A stretch of DNA of 62,491 bases, the filler included. It is 4 parts of 4 records of this genome, joined end to end, with 100 filler letters (N's around TTAATTAATTAA, not from the genome) between each part and the next. Parts side by side here need not be neighbours in the genome. Positions count along the whole stretch, not along the records: positions 48,712 to 57,111 come from SRR31156797_12404; positions 57,212 to 62,491 come from SRR31156797_12468; 2 more parts are not named here. The stretch is one strand, 5' to 3'. The notes below the pieces were generated by a model that had not been told where the DNA came from, searched no databases, and worked only from the letters and a program-made list of their open reading frames with translations. The translations under genes and the position numbers were made by a program. The number at the start of each line of letters is the position of its first letter. Positions within the stretch are counted from its first letter, which is position 1. Positions 50,628-61,369 of this stretch are shown piece by piece.

Positions 50628-51077
50628 ATGAGTACTTCATATAAAATTAAATATAAATTTCTTGAGGAATTTAATTTATTAGTAGAGCATCATAGTGGTA
50701 ATGTAAAACTGGAAACAGTTATAGAATCACGTGTGCGATTAAGTGAATTAAATAAGTTAAATACTGAGTCAAAATTTTTAATTGATCTAAGAGAGTCACA
50801 TTTCTCCAATGACATAGATAAAGTTAAGGAGTTTGTTGTGTACCTAAATGATAATTTTGCCTCTCTTTTAAAGAATCAAATTGTTTTTATTACCGAAGAA
50901 GCTAATCAATTAGCTATGGCAACTCTCTTTAAAATGTATCAAAAAGATAAAGCCAGAAATATTCATGTTTTTTCCAGCCTTGATTATGCACTTCTTTGGT
51001 TAAGAGTAGATGTGGATATTGCAGATATGGAAATAATGATCAAAGAAAAAATGGAAACATTACTTTCCTATTCTTAA
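50628..51077 (+). CDS. SpoIIAA-like / STAS-SEC14-like small protein
   Basis: FLIDLRES...IVFIT...IHVFSSLDYALLWL. Confidence 0.6.
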   Translation: MSTSYKIKYKFLEEFNLLVEHHSGNVKLETVIESRVRLSELNKLNTESKFLIDLRESHFSNDIDKVKEFVVYLNDNFASLLKNQIVFITEEANQLAMATLFKMYQKDKARNIHVFSSLDYALLWLRVDVDIADMEIMIKEKMETLLSYS

Positions 51078-51083
51078 AATTCT

Positions 51084-52997
51084 TTATTCGTTTAAATAAT
51101 AATCCAATAAGCCTTGTAGCTTTTCTGTTGATGATTCTATTCCTCCAGATCTGTTTCTGTACTTCCAAATTAATCTATGATTATAGATAAGCTCTTTTAA
51201 TTCTTCAGTAAGTTCTGTTTTTGTTATTTTATCAATGTTTTTTGTTGCTAATTCAGGTGCTTCAAGTCTGGCAATACCTAATTTAATCCCGTGCTTTGCT
51301 AATGTAGCTGCTTGAATCAACTCTTTAAGTATAATTGTTGAGTCTGAACTTTTAATATGTGCTTTTTTTAATAATTCGAGTGCTTGATTAATGGTGTTTT
51401 GTGCTTCTATTAATCCATTTTTATTAAGTTCCTTAGTCTGAAACTGTCCTTCCATTGTCCATTTATATCTTCGAAGCATTAAATGAAAGGCATTTGCATT
51501 TCCTTCCGGTATATTGCTTTTTAAATAAGCATCGCCCAATTGTAGAATTGCTTTGGCAGCATTTTTAGTTGTGTCCTTCAGAATGTATTGGCTAAGGATA
51601 GCTTCAAGTTGCACCGTTGGATTAAATGAACTATTCCAGGAGTATGCCGAACCAACAGCCATTGTCGGATAACAAACAGAAAGAGGTTGCCAGTGTCCCC
51701 AGTCTCCCCAATTGGTATTTAAATAACCTTTTGCCTTATGTTTTTTTCCTTCTTCTGCAGCTCTTTTAAGATTAATAAAAGCATGATAGTTTCTTCCAAT
51801 TTCAGATCGCCAGGTAGATGTTCCCGGGCAAACGTAATAATCAAGGCCAGCCTCTTGAAATTTGGGAAGCTTTTCTTCGAAAGGGTAGGTGCTTTCGTAG
51901 CCCCACACCAATGCAGTCATGTTTTTAGGAATGTCTGGAATTAATTCGGGATGGTTAAGAACAATATCACCCCAAAATTGAGCCTTTTTTTGGTGAAGGT
52001 TAACTTCATTGTTTAATTTTTTAATGAAGTTAAGATATACGGTACCTTTGCCTTCTTTCTCACAAACTTCTTTAGTAAGGCCGCTTCCTAATTCAACCGT
52101 TTCGTCACAACCAATATTAAAATATTGACTACTGAAATTTGGGAGTAATTCACAGTATAATTCTTGCAACAATATAAGCGAGCCAGGATTTACAGGATTA
52201 AGACTGGTTCTTTTTCGTTTTCCCCAAATGGTATTACAATCTGTTGGGCAATTAGCTAAATGAAGGTATTCATCGTGTTTGAGCCAATTTTCCATATGCC
52301 CAAATGAGTTTTGATTAGGCACTAAATCGATAAACTTTGCCTTGCAATAGGTATCTAGTTTCTTTATTTCATCAGGAGTCATTGGTGAGGAGTTTTCCCA
52401 AACTACCTTATGGTTTTTATAAGCAAAAGTATGTTCTGTGTAAAGTTGAAATTCATTTATTTTCCAACTAGCTAAGAGGTCAATAATGTGATATAAAGTT
52501 TCCATGGTAGGAACTTTATCTCGACTAATGTCTAACATATATCCTCTTCGTTCAAAGTCTGGCCAGTCCTTAATTATCATACATGGGACAGCAATTTTAT
52601 TATTGGAGCTGTATTCGAAAACTTGATTAAGTGTTTGTTTTGCATAGAAGAGTGCGGCTTCAGATTTGCCTTTGATGATAATCGAAGTTGAATCAATGGA
52701 TAAGTAATATTCATCGAGGTGTGTTAGTGTAGTGTCAATCGAAATGGATAAAGTGTTGGTTATTAATGGTGATGTGTATTGTTTTATATGGCCAGTGATA
52801 TTCAACGGTTCTATTCTTTCAATAAGTTTGGCTATTGAACCATTACCAATTTGAATACCATTTATTTGATTTAAGAACCCATTATTTAAGTCTACTTGTT
52901 TAGGGTAAGGAAATAAATAAGATTTTAGATCCTGACTATTTAAGTTGCTAATAATTAGTAGAAGTAGAATTGTAAGTTGAAATGCCTTTGATTTCAT
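51084..52997 (-). CDS. GH20 family beta-N-acetylhexosaminidase
   Basis: Signal peptide, DWPDFERRGYMLDISRDKVP, NSFGH, catalytic NIGCDET, FWGDI, TNWGDWGH. Confidence 0.9.
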   Translation of the reverse strand: MKSKAFQLTILLLLIISNLNSQDLKSYLFPYPKQVDLNNGFLNQINGIQIGNGSIAKLIERIEPLNITGHIKQYTSPLITNTLSISIDTTLTHLDEYYLSIDSTSIIIKGKSEAALFYAKQTLNQVFEYSSNNKIAVPCMIIKDWPDFERRGYMLDISRDKVPTMETLYHIIDLLASWKINEFQLYTEHTFAYKNHKVVWENSSPMTPDEIKKLDTYCKAKFIDLVPNQNSFGHMENWLKHDEYLHLANCPTDCNTIWGKRKRTSLNPVNPGSLILLQELYCELLPNFSSQYFNIGCDETVELGSGLTKEVCEKEGKGTVYLNFIKKLNNEVNLHQKKAQFWGDIVLNHPELIPDIPKNMTALVWGYESTYPFEEKLPKFQEAGLDYYVCPGTSTWRSEIGRNYHAFINLKRAAEEGKKHKAKGYLNTNWGDWGHWQPLSVCYPTMAVGSAYSWNSSFNPTVQLEAILSQYILKDTTKNAAKAILQLGDAYLKSNIPEGNANAFHLMLRRYKWTMEGQFQTKELNKNGLIEAQNTINQALELLKKAHIKSSDSTIILKELIQAATLAKHGIKLGIARLEAPELATKNIDKITKTELTEELKELIYNHRLIWKYRNRSGGIESSTEKLQGLLDYYLNE

Positions 52998-53054
52998 AGT
53001 TTAAAAATCGTTATTAGGTAAAATGTCTAAATGTAAAGTCTGCTTTCAATTCAT

Positions 53055-55253
53055 TTAAATAATTAGTAAACCTAGTTCTTTTAATTTTTGAAAGGTAAAA
53101 CTGTGTATAAATATAGGAAAATCACCTAAATCATGTTGATTGTAGCATTCTTCAAGTTGCGAAAAAGTAAAATCTTCAGTATTGCTAATATGACATTGCT
53201 TCAGTATTTCAAATATCCAATTGCCTGATTTTTCTTTGATTTGCAAAGATTCAGAATGACTCAATAAATGAAATGTTAATTCAGCCATAGAAGTTGATTT
53301 GCCTTTTTTGCGTTTAGTGTAATGTTTAATTTCAGGCATTGATTCAGGCCAAATTATTTTCGATGAAGGACTTTCTAAACTTTCATGTTCCTTAGATAAA
53401 CATTTTTGGATGTAATTTTTAGGTATCGTTGTTTTAGGAATTCGAAAATCAAACCAATCTTGAAGTGGAAAATCAATTCCAACATCATGCATGTAGTTAT
53501 AAATCGATTTTTTCAAACCTTCGCTAAATTGTGAGTGCAATGCACCATGTTGATCAATGTGGGTTAAATCATTATTGGCAAAAGGATTATTGGTGTTACA
53601 AGTGATTTGAATACCAAATTTGTCTGGATTTTTACCAACCGGACTATGCGCTGTTAGTGCAAACTGATGCCAAAATCCGGATAATATAACTTTTGCTTCA
53701 AATAACTGCCTTACAATTTCAAGTGCATCAATGGTTTCTTGTTCTGTTTGAGTTGGAAATCCATACATAAGATAGGCATGGGTCATGATTCCCGCTTGAG
53801 TCAGGTTATCACAGACTTGAGCAACTTTAGAAACACTTACTCCTTTGTTGATAAGAGAAAGAATTCGATCGGATGCTACCTCTAATCCGCCGGAAACAGC
53901 AATACAACCTGATCGTTTTAGCAATCGGCAAGCATCACTTGTGAAGCTTTGCTCAAACCTTATGTTGGTCCACCAGGTAACATTTAATTCACGTCGGATT
54001 ATTTCTTTTGCAAGCGATATCATTAAGGCTGGAGGAGCAGCTTCATCAACAAAGTGAAACCCGGAACAACCCGTTTGTTCCATTAGAGTTTCCATCTTGT
54101 CGCATAATGCATGTGCGGTGCCAGGCTCGAATCTTGCAATGTAATCCAGAGTTGTATCGCAGAAAGTACATCTTTTCCAATAGCAACCATGTGCCATGGT
54201 TAGCTTGTTCCAGAAGCCATCACTCCAAAGACGGTGCATGGGGTTGGTCATTTCAATTACAGACAAATATCTATCGGGAAATAATCCTGAATAATCAGGC
54301 GTAGGTGTGTTTCTAAATCTTAAGTCTTTACTAGTGGGAGAGTTCAGATAAACTAATTCTTTATCTTTTAAAGTAAATGTTCTAAGCAAAGAGTCTAAAG
54401 AACACTCCTTATTTGTGTATTTTATGATTTGATGCAAAGGAACTTCTCCGTCATCAAGGGTAATAAAATCGATGAATTCAAATATTCTTTTGTCCTGTAT
54501 CGATCTTAATTCCGTGTTAGGATATCCTCCTCCTAATACTATTTTTATGTCAGGATAATGCAATTTAATAAACTGTCCGCATTTTAAAGCGGCAAATAAA
54601 TTGCCAGGAAAAGGGACAGATAATCCAATAATGTGGGGCTTATGTTTTTGAATGGCTTTGGTTAAGATTTGTTCCTGAAAATGAATAATTAGAGAATTCT
54701 CTTGGGTTAATTCGTTGTAAATGTTGTCAAACGTAAAAGCAGAAGAACTAAGTCTTTCTGCATACCTGCTAAAGCCAAAGTGCTCATCTACATTTTCAAC
54801 AATAAAATCACTAATATCCTCTAAAAATAAAGTAGCCAGATGTCTTGCTTTATCCCGGATTCCCATATTTCCAAAACTCCAGTCCAAGTCATCAGTGTGT
54901 TCAAAGCGACTCGCTTGAGGTAAAAACGTAGTTTCACAAATGGTATGCGCTAGCATTTCGTTTTTACCTTGCAAAAACATAATTACATCATCAATACAGC
55001 TTTCATATCTCTTTCTTAAAAACATGATACGTTTGCTGTTATAGGATAATTCTATGTTGGTTGATTCAACAAAATCAAATATTTGAGTTAAACCTTGTTG
55101 AGAAAATATTTTTAAAAGCAGTTCGAGTCCTAAATCAAGCTGACCTCCATTGATACTTATTTCTTTTAAGTAGCCTAAAAGATACGAGGTAGAAGGATAC
55201 GGAGTATTTAGTTGGGTAAAAGGAGGAGTTATTAATAGAACCTGTGTATTCAA
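53055..55253 (-). CDS. B12-binding radical SAM protein
   Basis: PPFTQLNTPYP, LGGGYPNTELR, CYWKRCTFC (CxxxCxxC), HFVDEA. Confidence 0.9.
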   Translation of the reverse strand: MNTQVLLITPPFTQLNTPYPSTSYLLGYLKEISINGGQLDLGLELLLKIFSQQGLTQIFDFVESTNIELSYNSKRIMFLRKRYESCIDDVIMFLQGKNEMLAHTICETTFLPQASRFEHTDDLDWSFGNMGIRDKARHLATLFLEDISDFIVENVDEHFGFSRYAERLSSSAFTFDNIYNELTQENSLIIHFQEQILTKAIQKHKPHIIGLSVPFPGNLFAALKCGQFIKLHYPDIKIVLGGGYPNTELRSIQDKRIFEFIDFITLDDGEVPLHQIIKYTNKECSLDSLLRTFTLKDKELVYLNSPTSKDLRFRNTPTPDYSGLFPDRYLSVIEMTNPMHRLWSDGFWNKLTMAHGCYWKRCTFCDTTLDYIARFEPGTAHALCDKMETLMEQTGCSGFHFVDEAAPPALMISLAKEIIRRELNVTWWTNIRFEQSFTSDACRLLKRSGCIAVSGGLEVASDRILSLINKGVSVSKVAQVCDNLTQAGIMTHAYLMYGFPTQTEQETIDALEIVRQLFEAKVILSGFWHQFALTAHSPVGKNPDKFGIQITCNTNNPFANNDLTHIDQHGALHSQFSEGLKKSIYNYMHDVGIDFPLQDWFDFRIPKTTIPKNYIQKCLSKEHESLESPSSKIIWPESMPEIKHYTKRKKGKSTSMAELTFHLLSHSESLQIKEKSGNWIFEILKQCHISNTEDFTFSQLEECYNQHDLGDFPIFIHSFTFQKLKELGLLII

Positions 55254-55704
55254 TTTAATTTGTTTTAGAAAGCAAAATTATAAAAATACTTACGCCCAAT
55301 GCAAATACCTTCAATTCATTTTCGATTGGCTGAGTAAAGCTAAAGTAATTTGAATCTAAATTAAGAATCATCTTCTTATTAAAGTATTTTAATTGATATT
55401 TTTAATGTGCAGTATATCAGTGATTAAGGAGTGTGTTTTTGATTTTTTTGATTATTAGATGAACTTTTTAGCGAAACCTTTTAAGAATACTTTCGTTAAT
55501 GTTGACAAATGATTAGAAAAATATTACAAAAGGATGTTTTTTAATGATGAATGAATAGTGAAGGTGCCCGCGAGGTTGAAATAAGTTTTGGTTTTGGGGA
55601 AAATCAAAAAAATTAAAATTCAACAATCGTACTCTTTTAAATTACATAAAGATTTAATATTTTCGACGACACAACAACACAACACAACAACACAACTTAT
55701 TGAC

Positions 55705-57018
55705 ATGCTAAAATTTACTTTTTTATCGCTAATAGTGTGGGGACTAGCGATTCAGGTTACTTCAGCCCAAGGTGGCACATCTTGTGAAAACGCATTAGTT
55801 TCAGATCAAGGTTTTAACATTGCAAACAACTCAGAAGGAGATCAGTGGTATACTTATGTACCAGATCGCGACGGTAAAGTATTGGTTTCAACATGCGGAC
55901 AAACTGACGCAGATACTTATGTAGAAGTTTTTGACGGATGTGGTTACGAACCTATCGCAGTTAGTAATGATTATTGCGGAAAACAAGCAGAATTAACGTT
56001 TCAGGTTAAAGGAGGCGAAACCTACTGGATTTGTTGGAGAAGTTATTATACAAGTCAGGATTACGAATGGTTTATGAATGAATCAACTTCAAAAGCTGGT
56101 GAGTTTTGTAGTAACCCAATAACCGTATCTGAAGGAGCGAATGTAGGTACAATTCCAACTAAATTTTACAGATGGTACGAGTTTACAGCAACTCGTAATG
56201 GTAAAATTACTGTAGAAGCCATGAGTGAAGTAGTAGGCGACTGTAAAGTAGCTATATTTAACGATTGTTCTTATACTGGAAGTTTAAATACTGATGATAA
56301 CTGGAATCCATCAAAAACAGCCTTTGAAGGTGTAGCAGGAAATTCATACTTAATTGCTATTTATAATGAAGGTAGCAACGAAACAGTAAATTGGTCAGTT
56401 ACTGAAGGTGACTGGGAAGCTGGCGAGCGATGCGAAAATGCAATAAGCATCAGTAGTATTGAAGGAATGGCGATAGATCATACTTCAGGAACAGATAAGT
56501 GGTATGCTTACCTTGCACTTCAGGATGGCGATATTACTATATCTTCTGTAGGCGTAACAAGCGAAGATACTTACCTTGAGGTTTACGAAGGGTGTAATTC
56601 AGAGAAGGTTGCATTTAGTGATGACGCTAACGGTTTACAATCAGAGATAGTAATCAATGCTACAGCAGGTAATATTTACTATATTAAGTGGGATGATATT
56701 TTCCAACCACAACAATATGCAATGAGCCTTAAAGCTGGAAATCTAGCAACAGACGTATCGCAACTTGAAGAAAACAGTACAGTAGGTATTTATCCAAATC
56801 CATCAGTTGATGGACAGGTACAAGTTGATCTTACAAGTTTTGAATCGGACTTGGTAACTGTTAGTGTGGTGAGTTTAACCGGAGCTACAGTTCAGGTTGC
56901 TAAATTAGCTGGAGGACAAGTAGTACCACATGATTTATCTCAACTATCTCCAGGTATCTATAATATTGTATTGGAAGATGTACAAACAAGAAAAGTTGTT
57001 AAGTTTTTGAAGAAATAA
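55705..57018 (+). CDS. T9SS type-A CTD secreted protein with three Cys-rich repeats
   Basis: Signal peptide from ATG 55705; three repeats of G..C.N....WY....DG/NG.I; C-terminal IYPNP...LSPGIYNI...KFLKK. Confidence 0.82.
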   Translation: MLKFTFLSLIVWGLAIQVTSAQGGTSCENALVSDQGFNIANNSEGDQWYTYVPDRDGKVLVSTCGQTDADTYVEVFDGCGYEPIAVSNDYCGKQAELTFQVKGGETYWICWRSYYTSQDYEWFMNESTSKAGEFCSNPITVSEGANVGTIPTKFYRWYEFTATRNGKITVEAMSEVVGDCKVAIFNDCSYTGSLNTDDNWNPSKTAFEGVAGNSYLIAIYNEGSNETVNWSVTEGDWEAGERCENAISISSIEGMAIDHTSGTDKWYAYLALQDGDITISSVGVTSEDTYLEVYEGCNSEKVAFSDDANGLQSEIVINATAGNIYYIKWDDIFQPQQYAMSLKAGNLATDVSQLEENSTVGIYPNPSVDGQVQVDLTSFESDLVTVSVVSLTGATVQVAKLAGGQVVPHDLSQLSPGIYNIVLEDVQTRKVVKFLKK

Positions 57019-57042
57019 ACATATAACCGCACATTTTGAAGG

Positions 57043-57079
57043 ATGCACTCCGGAATTAATATTCCAGGGGTGCATTTTT
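57043..57079 (+). terminator. Intrinsic terminator
   Basis: ATGCACTCCGGAAT...ATTCCAGGGGTGCAT followed by TTTT. Confidence 0.65.
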
Positions 57080-57111
57080 CGTTTAACCCGCATTATGTAT
57101 TAGAACTTCGT

Positions 57112-57211
57112 NNNNNNNNNNNNNNNNNNNNNNNNNNNNNNNNNNNNNNNNNNNNTTAATTAATTAANNNNNNNNNNNNNNNNNNNNNNNNNNNNNNNNN
57201 NNNNNNNNNNN
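57112..57211. other. Artificial contig linker
   Basis: N run with TTAATTAATTAA, 100 nt. Confidence 0.97.
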
Positions 57212-57595
57212 AAGGGGAAGGCGAAGTTTGTGGTGAGGTAGGGTTGGTTGAATGAAGAAAATCCAGATATGTTGTCTCCCATTGATCGATGAAATTGAGA
57301 ATGTGAAGTTGATGGTCAGCTAGTAGGGTAAACATGTTAAAGTACTCATCATAGAGCACAATACATATGGGTATGAAAGAGGCTAAATTGCAAATAAAAA
57401 TCGGTTTCTTTAACGGGGTAAAATGAAGCCACGTTTGTTAGTTTGATACAATTCAGGAAATCACTTTTTATCAGTTGCTTTTAAAGCTATACTATTGATT
57501 AAACAGACTATATCTCAACATTAAGGCAAATGAATTTTAAATATTTAAAACATGAATAATATTTTTACCCAAGCTAAACTTCAAAAACAAAATTT

Positions 57596-58969
57596 ATGAA
57601 AACACATATAATTATTTTGACGGTTCTTTTTTTTATGATATTTTCTTACGGATTTCCACAATCCACTTTTAGAAAAACTATTGATATTGGTGAAAATGAT
57701 CGTGGCACGTGCATAAGCCAAACAACTGATGGAGGATACATAGTGGCAGGAAGCACCTATACAAGCCCTGACAATTCGGACATCGTGTTGGTGAAAACAG
57801 ATGCCTTTGGAGATACAGTCTGGACCAAAGTATATGGTGGTGAATATGCCGAAGAAATTCACTGTATAAGAGAGACTTTAGACAATGGATTTATTATAGC
57901 AGCCACGTCAAATAGTTTTGGCGGGATAAACGGAAAAGCCTGGATAATCAAAACCGATGCTGACGGAGATACGGTTTGGTCCAAGGTGATCGATGGGAGA
58001 ATAAACCATATTTTGCAGTCTGACGATGCATCATATTTCCTGGTTGGTCGTGATACCACTTATTCGAAAGCGTCAATGATAAAGCTGAACCCATCTGGAG
58101 AGCTGCTTTGGTCGAAGAGTTATGGTTTTAGTAAATGGTTTTATAAGGCAATCCCAGTTTCAGATGATAAAATTCTGATTGGCGGACTGTCGCGCTCATC
58201 TCAAACACCTCACCCTACTACTATTGATCTCTTTATGACGAATCATAGTGGTGATTCGCTTTGGTTTTCACAATATGGCGGCACCCACATTTATAGCTAT
58301 TTGTCATTGCTAAATACCTTCGATGGTGGCTATCTGATTTGTTCGAATCAGACAATATTTCAGGAATATAGTGATATGTACCTTCACAAAGTAGATTCGT
58401 CCGGTAATACAGATTGGGTGAAAATATTTGAAAATGAGAATACATGGGAATATGCCCACTCTGTGGTTCAAATTAATGATTCAGGTTATGTGATTACCGG
58501 GGATACACAAGAACTGGGATTGGCATTGATTAAAACAAATCCTGATGGAGACATTGAATGGGAGATAAGCTACGATACTGATTCACTCCGTACCTCAGGA
58601 TATTGCCTGCGAAACACAACTGATAGTCATTTAGTGGTTAGTGGAGAGGCTTTGAATATTTACACCGGAAAATCGGATATTATACTATTGAAGACAGATC
58701 AGGAGGGTATGATAACCAAGATCTCTGAAGTAAAAAAAGAAAAGGAAATAACAATTTTCCCCAACCCAAATCGGGGCGACTTTCATATTCAACTGCTCGA
58801 GGGTGATCAGGAGGTCATGATTTATGACTTGAGTGGCAGGCTGATTTTTGACCAAAGGATTAGCCGTAATGCAACAATTCTAAAGATTGACGGGCTAAAA
58901 TCAGGAAGTTACGTCATCCACATTAAATCTGAACAATATTACAGAACAGCCAGGGTACTGGTATTATGA
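57596..58969 (+). CDS. T9SS type-A CTD secreted beta-propeller-like protein
   Basis: Signal peptide, repeated QT.DGGYI / K.D..GD..W.K blades, IFPNP...LKSGSYVI CTD. Confidence 0.85.
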   Translation: MKTHIIILTVLFFMIFSYGFPQSTFRKTIDIGENDRGTCISQTTDGGYIVAGSTYTSPDNSDIVLVKTDAFGDTVWTKVYGGEYAEEIHCIRETLDNGFIIAATSNSFGGINGKAWIIKTDADGDTVWSKVIDGRINHILQSDDASYFLVGRDTTYSKASMIKLNPSGELLWSKSYGFSKWFYKAIPVSDDKILIGGLSRSSQTPHPTTIDLFMTNHSGDSLWFSQYGGTHIYSYLSLLNTFDGGYLICSNQTIFQEYSDMYLHKVDSSGNTDWVKIFENENTWEYAHSVVQINDSGYVITGDTQELGLALIKTNPDGDIEWEISYDTDSLRTSGYCLRNTTDSHLVVSGEALNIYTGKSDIILLKTDQEGMITKISEVKKEKEITIFPNPNRGDFHIQLLEGDQEVMIYDLSGRLIFDQRISRNATILKIDGLKSGSYVIHIKSEQYYRTARVLVL

Positions 58970-59471
58970 AGCTGGACAGCCATAAAGAAATTGAAAAATC
59001 CAAATGCTAAATACGAGCAGGACAACTCAAGTAGCATCTTTGTTACCATAAACTGGTAATTACCTTCGAATACCTTCTAAATTTCATCTTCAACGCAGTA
59101 GGAGCTTCATACGGGTGAAAACTGCTATTGCTAAAGCGCAATACAAATCATCAGTTCTTGTTGCGCATTGACTATTCCATTCAATGCCTTATTTATACTC
59201 TCTATAAATTGATCTTCCAACAAGCTGATAATCTACACGTAATACTAATATCGAATAATTAAATGTTAAAATTTGATGACAAAGTCACTTTGAGTGGATC
59301 ATCATATACAGAATGGCCAGGTGAAAGGGAATGCAGAAACTGACCGACGTTTAAAAACAGGCAAAAAGGAAATACACGGTGTTAAGAAAAATTGAAAATA
59401 CAATTCCGGACCCAAAGCAACGCATTGCATGGCTCATAACCATTGTAACCGTTTTTGGGACAATTGCTCTA

Positions 59472-60680
59472 GTGTCATGTCAAGTTTGAATTGACGGATA
59501 TAATCGTTTTAGTTTTATTCTTGAGTCCTTTGTTGTAAACTGCCAGTTGATCACAGCATGTTTGTTATTCCTGTGTTTTTGCCAAGCTTTTACTTGTTTG
59601 GCAACCTCATCAATATTATCAATCCGCCTGCTTAAGCACTGACTATTCAATACCTGTAACTCAATTTCTGCCATATTTAGCCAGCTTCCGTGTTTTGGTG
59701 TATAGACAAAATCAAACCTATCCCATATTCTTTTCGCTTCTTTTGGCGAAAACTTTTCATACAAGGCTCCTGGTTTATGTGTGTTCAGGTTGTCCATCAC
59801 CAATGTGATCTTTTTTGCAATTGGATAATACTCATCTGCTATTTCTTTTATCAATTCCGCCCAATCAAGTTTTGTCTTTCTTTCCGTTATTTTAACATAC
59901 CTCTTTCCTGCAAGTGGTTCGTTTACCATAAAGATATTGCAGGTTCCTTTTCGGACATATTCATAATCAACCCTGCGTTCTTTACCTATTCCCACTGGTG
60001 TACCGATCCTCGTTTCTCCTATTAATTGTTTTGGCGATTCATCCATACAGACAACCGGATTTTTATCATCATATGGTCGCTTGTATACATCTAAAACGTT
60101 TTCCATGTTAGCAACAAATTCGCTGTCAGAGTTTGGCGGAATCACCCATCCTTTAACTTTCCAGGGTTTGATTTCGTTTTTTTAAAACGGTACGTACCGT
60201 TTCATGGGATATTGAGCCAACTACTTCAAGCTCTACCAACTTATCTGCTAATAGCCGTAACGACCAACTGGAAAAGCCTTCAGGCGGCTCGCTACAACTC
60301 AAAGCAATCAAACGAGCTTCAAAATCACCATCAGCCTTCCTTTCATACTGTCGGGTGGTTGGCTTTCTTTCCAACACAGCATCGAACCCATCTTCAACAA
60401 ATCGTTTCTTTACCCTGTCTATCGTTCTCATACCAATCTTTAAAACGTTGCATATTTCAGCATTGGTTACTTTGTCAGAAAACTCACCCTGGTCACAATT
60501 TAAAAGAACGTATGCAGCCCTAAATTTCTGAGATGTGTGCTTTCCTTTAGCTACAATACTCATCAATACATCTCGCTCATCTTTAGATAATGTTACTTTA
60601 TACCTTGCCATGATTATTATTTTTGAATTACCATGGCAAAGATAATCAATATTTACGTCATATTATAATTGACATGACAC
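59472..60680 (-). mobile_element. Complete IS630-family insertion sequence
   Basis: Terminal IR GTGTCATGTCAA / TTGACATGACAC with an aligned internal TGACG; TA duplicated at 59470-71 and 60681-82 within a CTAG target. Confidence 0.92.
59480..60611 (-). CDS. IS630 transposase, OrfA/OrfB joined by -1 frameshift
   Basis: OrfA HTH (WSLRLLA); slippery TTA AAA AAA C at 60176-60185 giving LKKNEIKPW; DDE residues in VCMDE, VMDNLNTH and WLNMAEIE. Confidence 0.9.
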
Positions 60681-61369
60681 TAGGGATCACCGGAATTTGG
60701 GTGGCATTGGGAAGCGACAATAAAACCGAAAACCTGCAATACATCTTTGGTGCCCTGTTGCCCTTGTGGGGAACATGGATCGGCACCATCCTGGCATATT
60801 ATTTTTCAAAGGAAAACTTTGAATCTGCAAGTAGAAACACCAAAGAAGTTCTGGACAAGGTGATTACCTCCTCACAGAAGCTAAAATCGGTGCGGGTAAC
60901 CGAGGTAATGATACCTTTTAACAGTATGGTTGTGCATAATCTGGGCGATAAACCGATGGACGAAACCATGCTTAAAACGCTTCGTGATACTATGAAAACT
61001 GAAAACCGGTTGCGCTTGCCGATCATCAATATGCACCGGCATGTTAAGGCGGTTGTGCACAAAAGTACGTTGGACCACTACTTTGCGGATATCTTGTGTA
61101 ATAAAGACAATTCAAACCCACGTGATCCTGATCTTGGCCAGGCCAGAAAGCACGATGAATATCTGAACATGGTGCTTGCCTACGGACGAGGTTACATTAG
61201 TGTTGGTGCCACTCTACTGGATGCACAGCGACTCATGGAAAAAACGCCGGTATGTAACGACATTTTCATCACCGAAACAGGCAAACCCAATGAGCCAGTG
61301 ATGGGATGGATAACAAATATGATTATTGCTGAGAAAGCACAACTCGAATAATTAATATCCTTGGACTTC

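Larger units (their letters stand above)
59379..61351 (+). pseudogene. 2TM plus CBS-like domain gene interrupted by IS630
   Basis: Removing the IS and one TA rejoins GTG 59379 ...RIAWLITIVTVFGTIAL|GITGIWVAL... in frame with LLPLWGTWIGTILAYYF and a CBS-like region (VTEVMIP, LRLPII, VMGWIT). Confidence 0.78.

Noticed and set aside
53055-55253. Radical SAM gene as the maturase of the KEDPIVIVR peptide
   Set aside because: It is 3 kb away on the opposite strand beyond a GH20 gene, has no visible RRE/SPASM features, and a cytoplasmic enzyme fits poorly with a Sec-exported precursor.
55668-55696. ACAAC-type short repeats before the T9SS gene as a phase-variation tract
   Set aside because: Irregular units in an A/C-rich 5' leader upstream of the likely ATG (55705); no effect on the reading frame.
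57212-57359. Minus-strand ORF at the start of contig 4
   Set aside because: Short, runs into Ns and shows no recognisable motif.
60623-60682. N-terminus MNYHGKDNQ... of the 242-aa ORF
   Set aside because: It lies inside the IS630 right end; the real 5' part of the gene is at 59379-59471.
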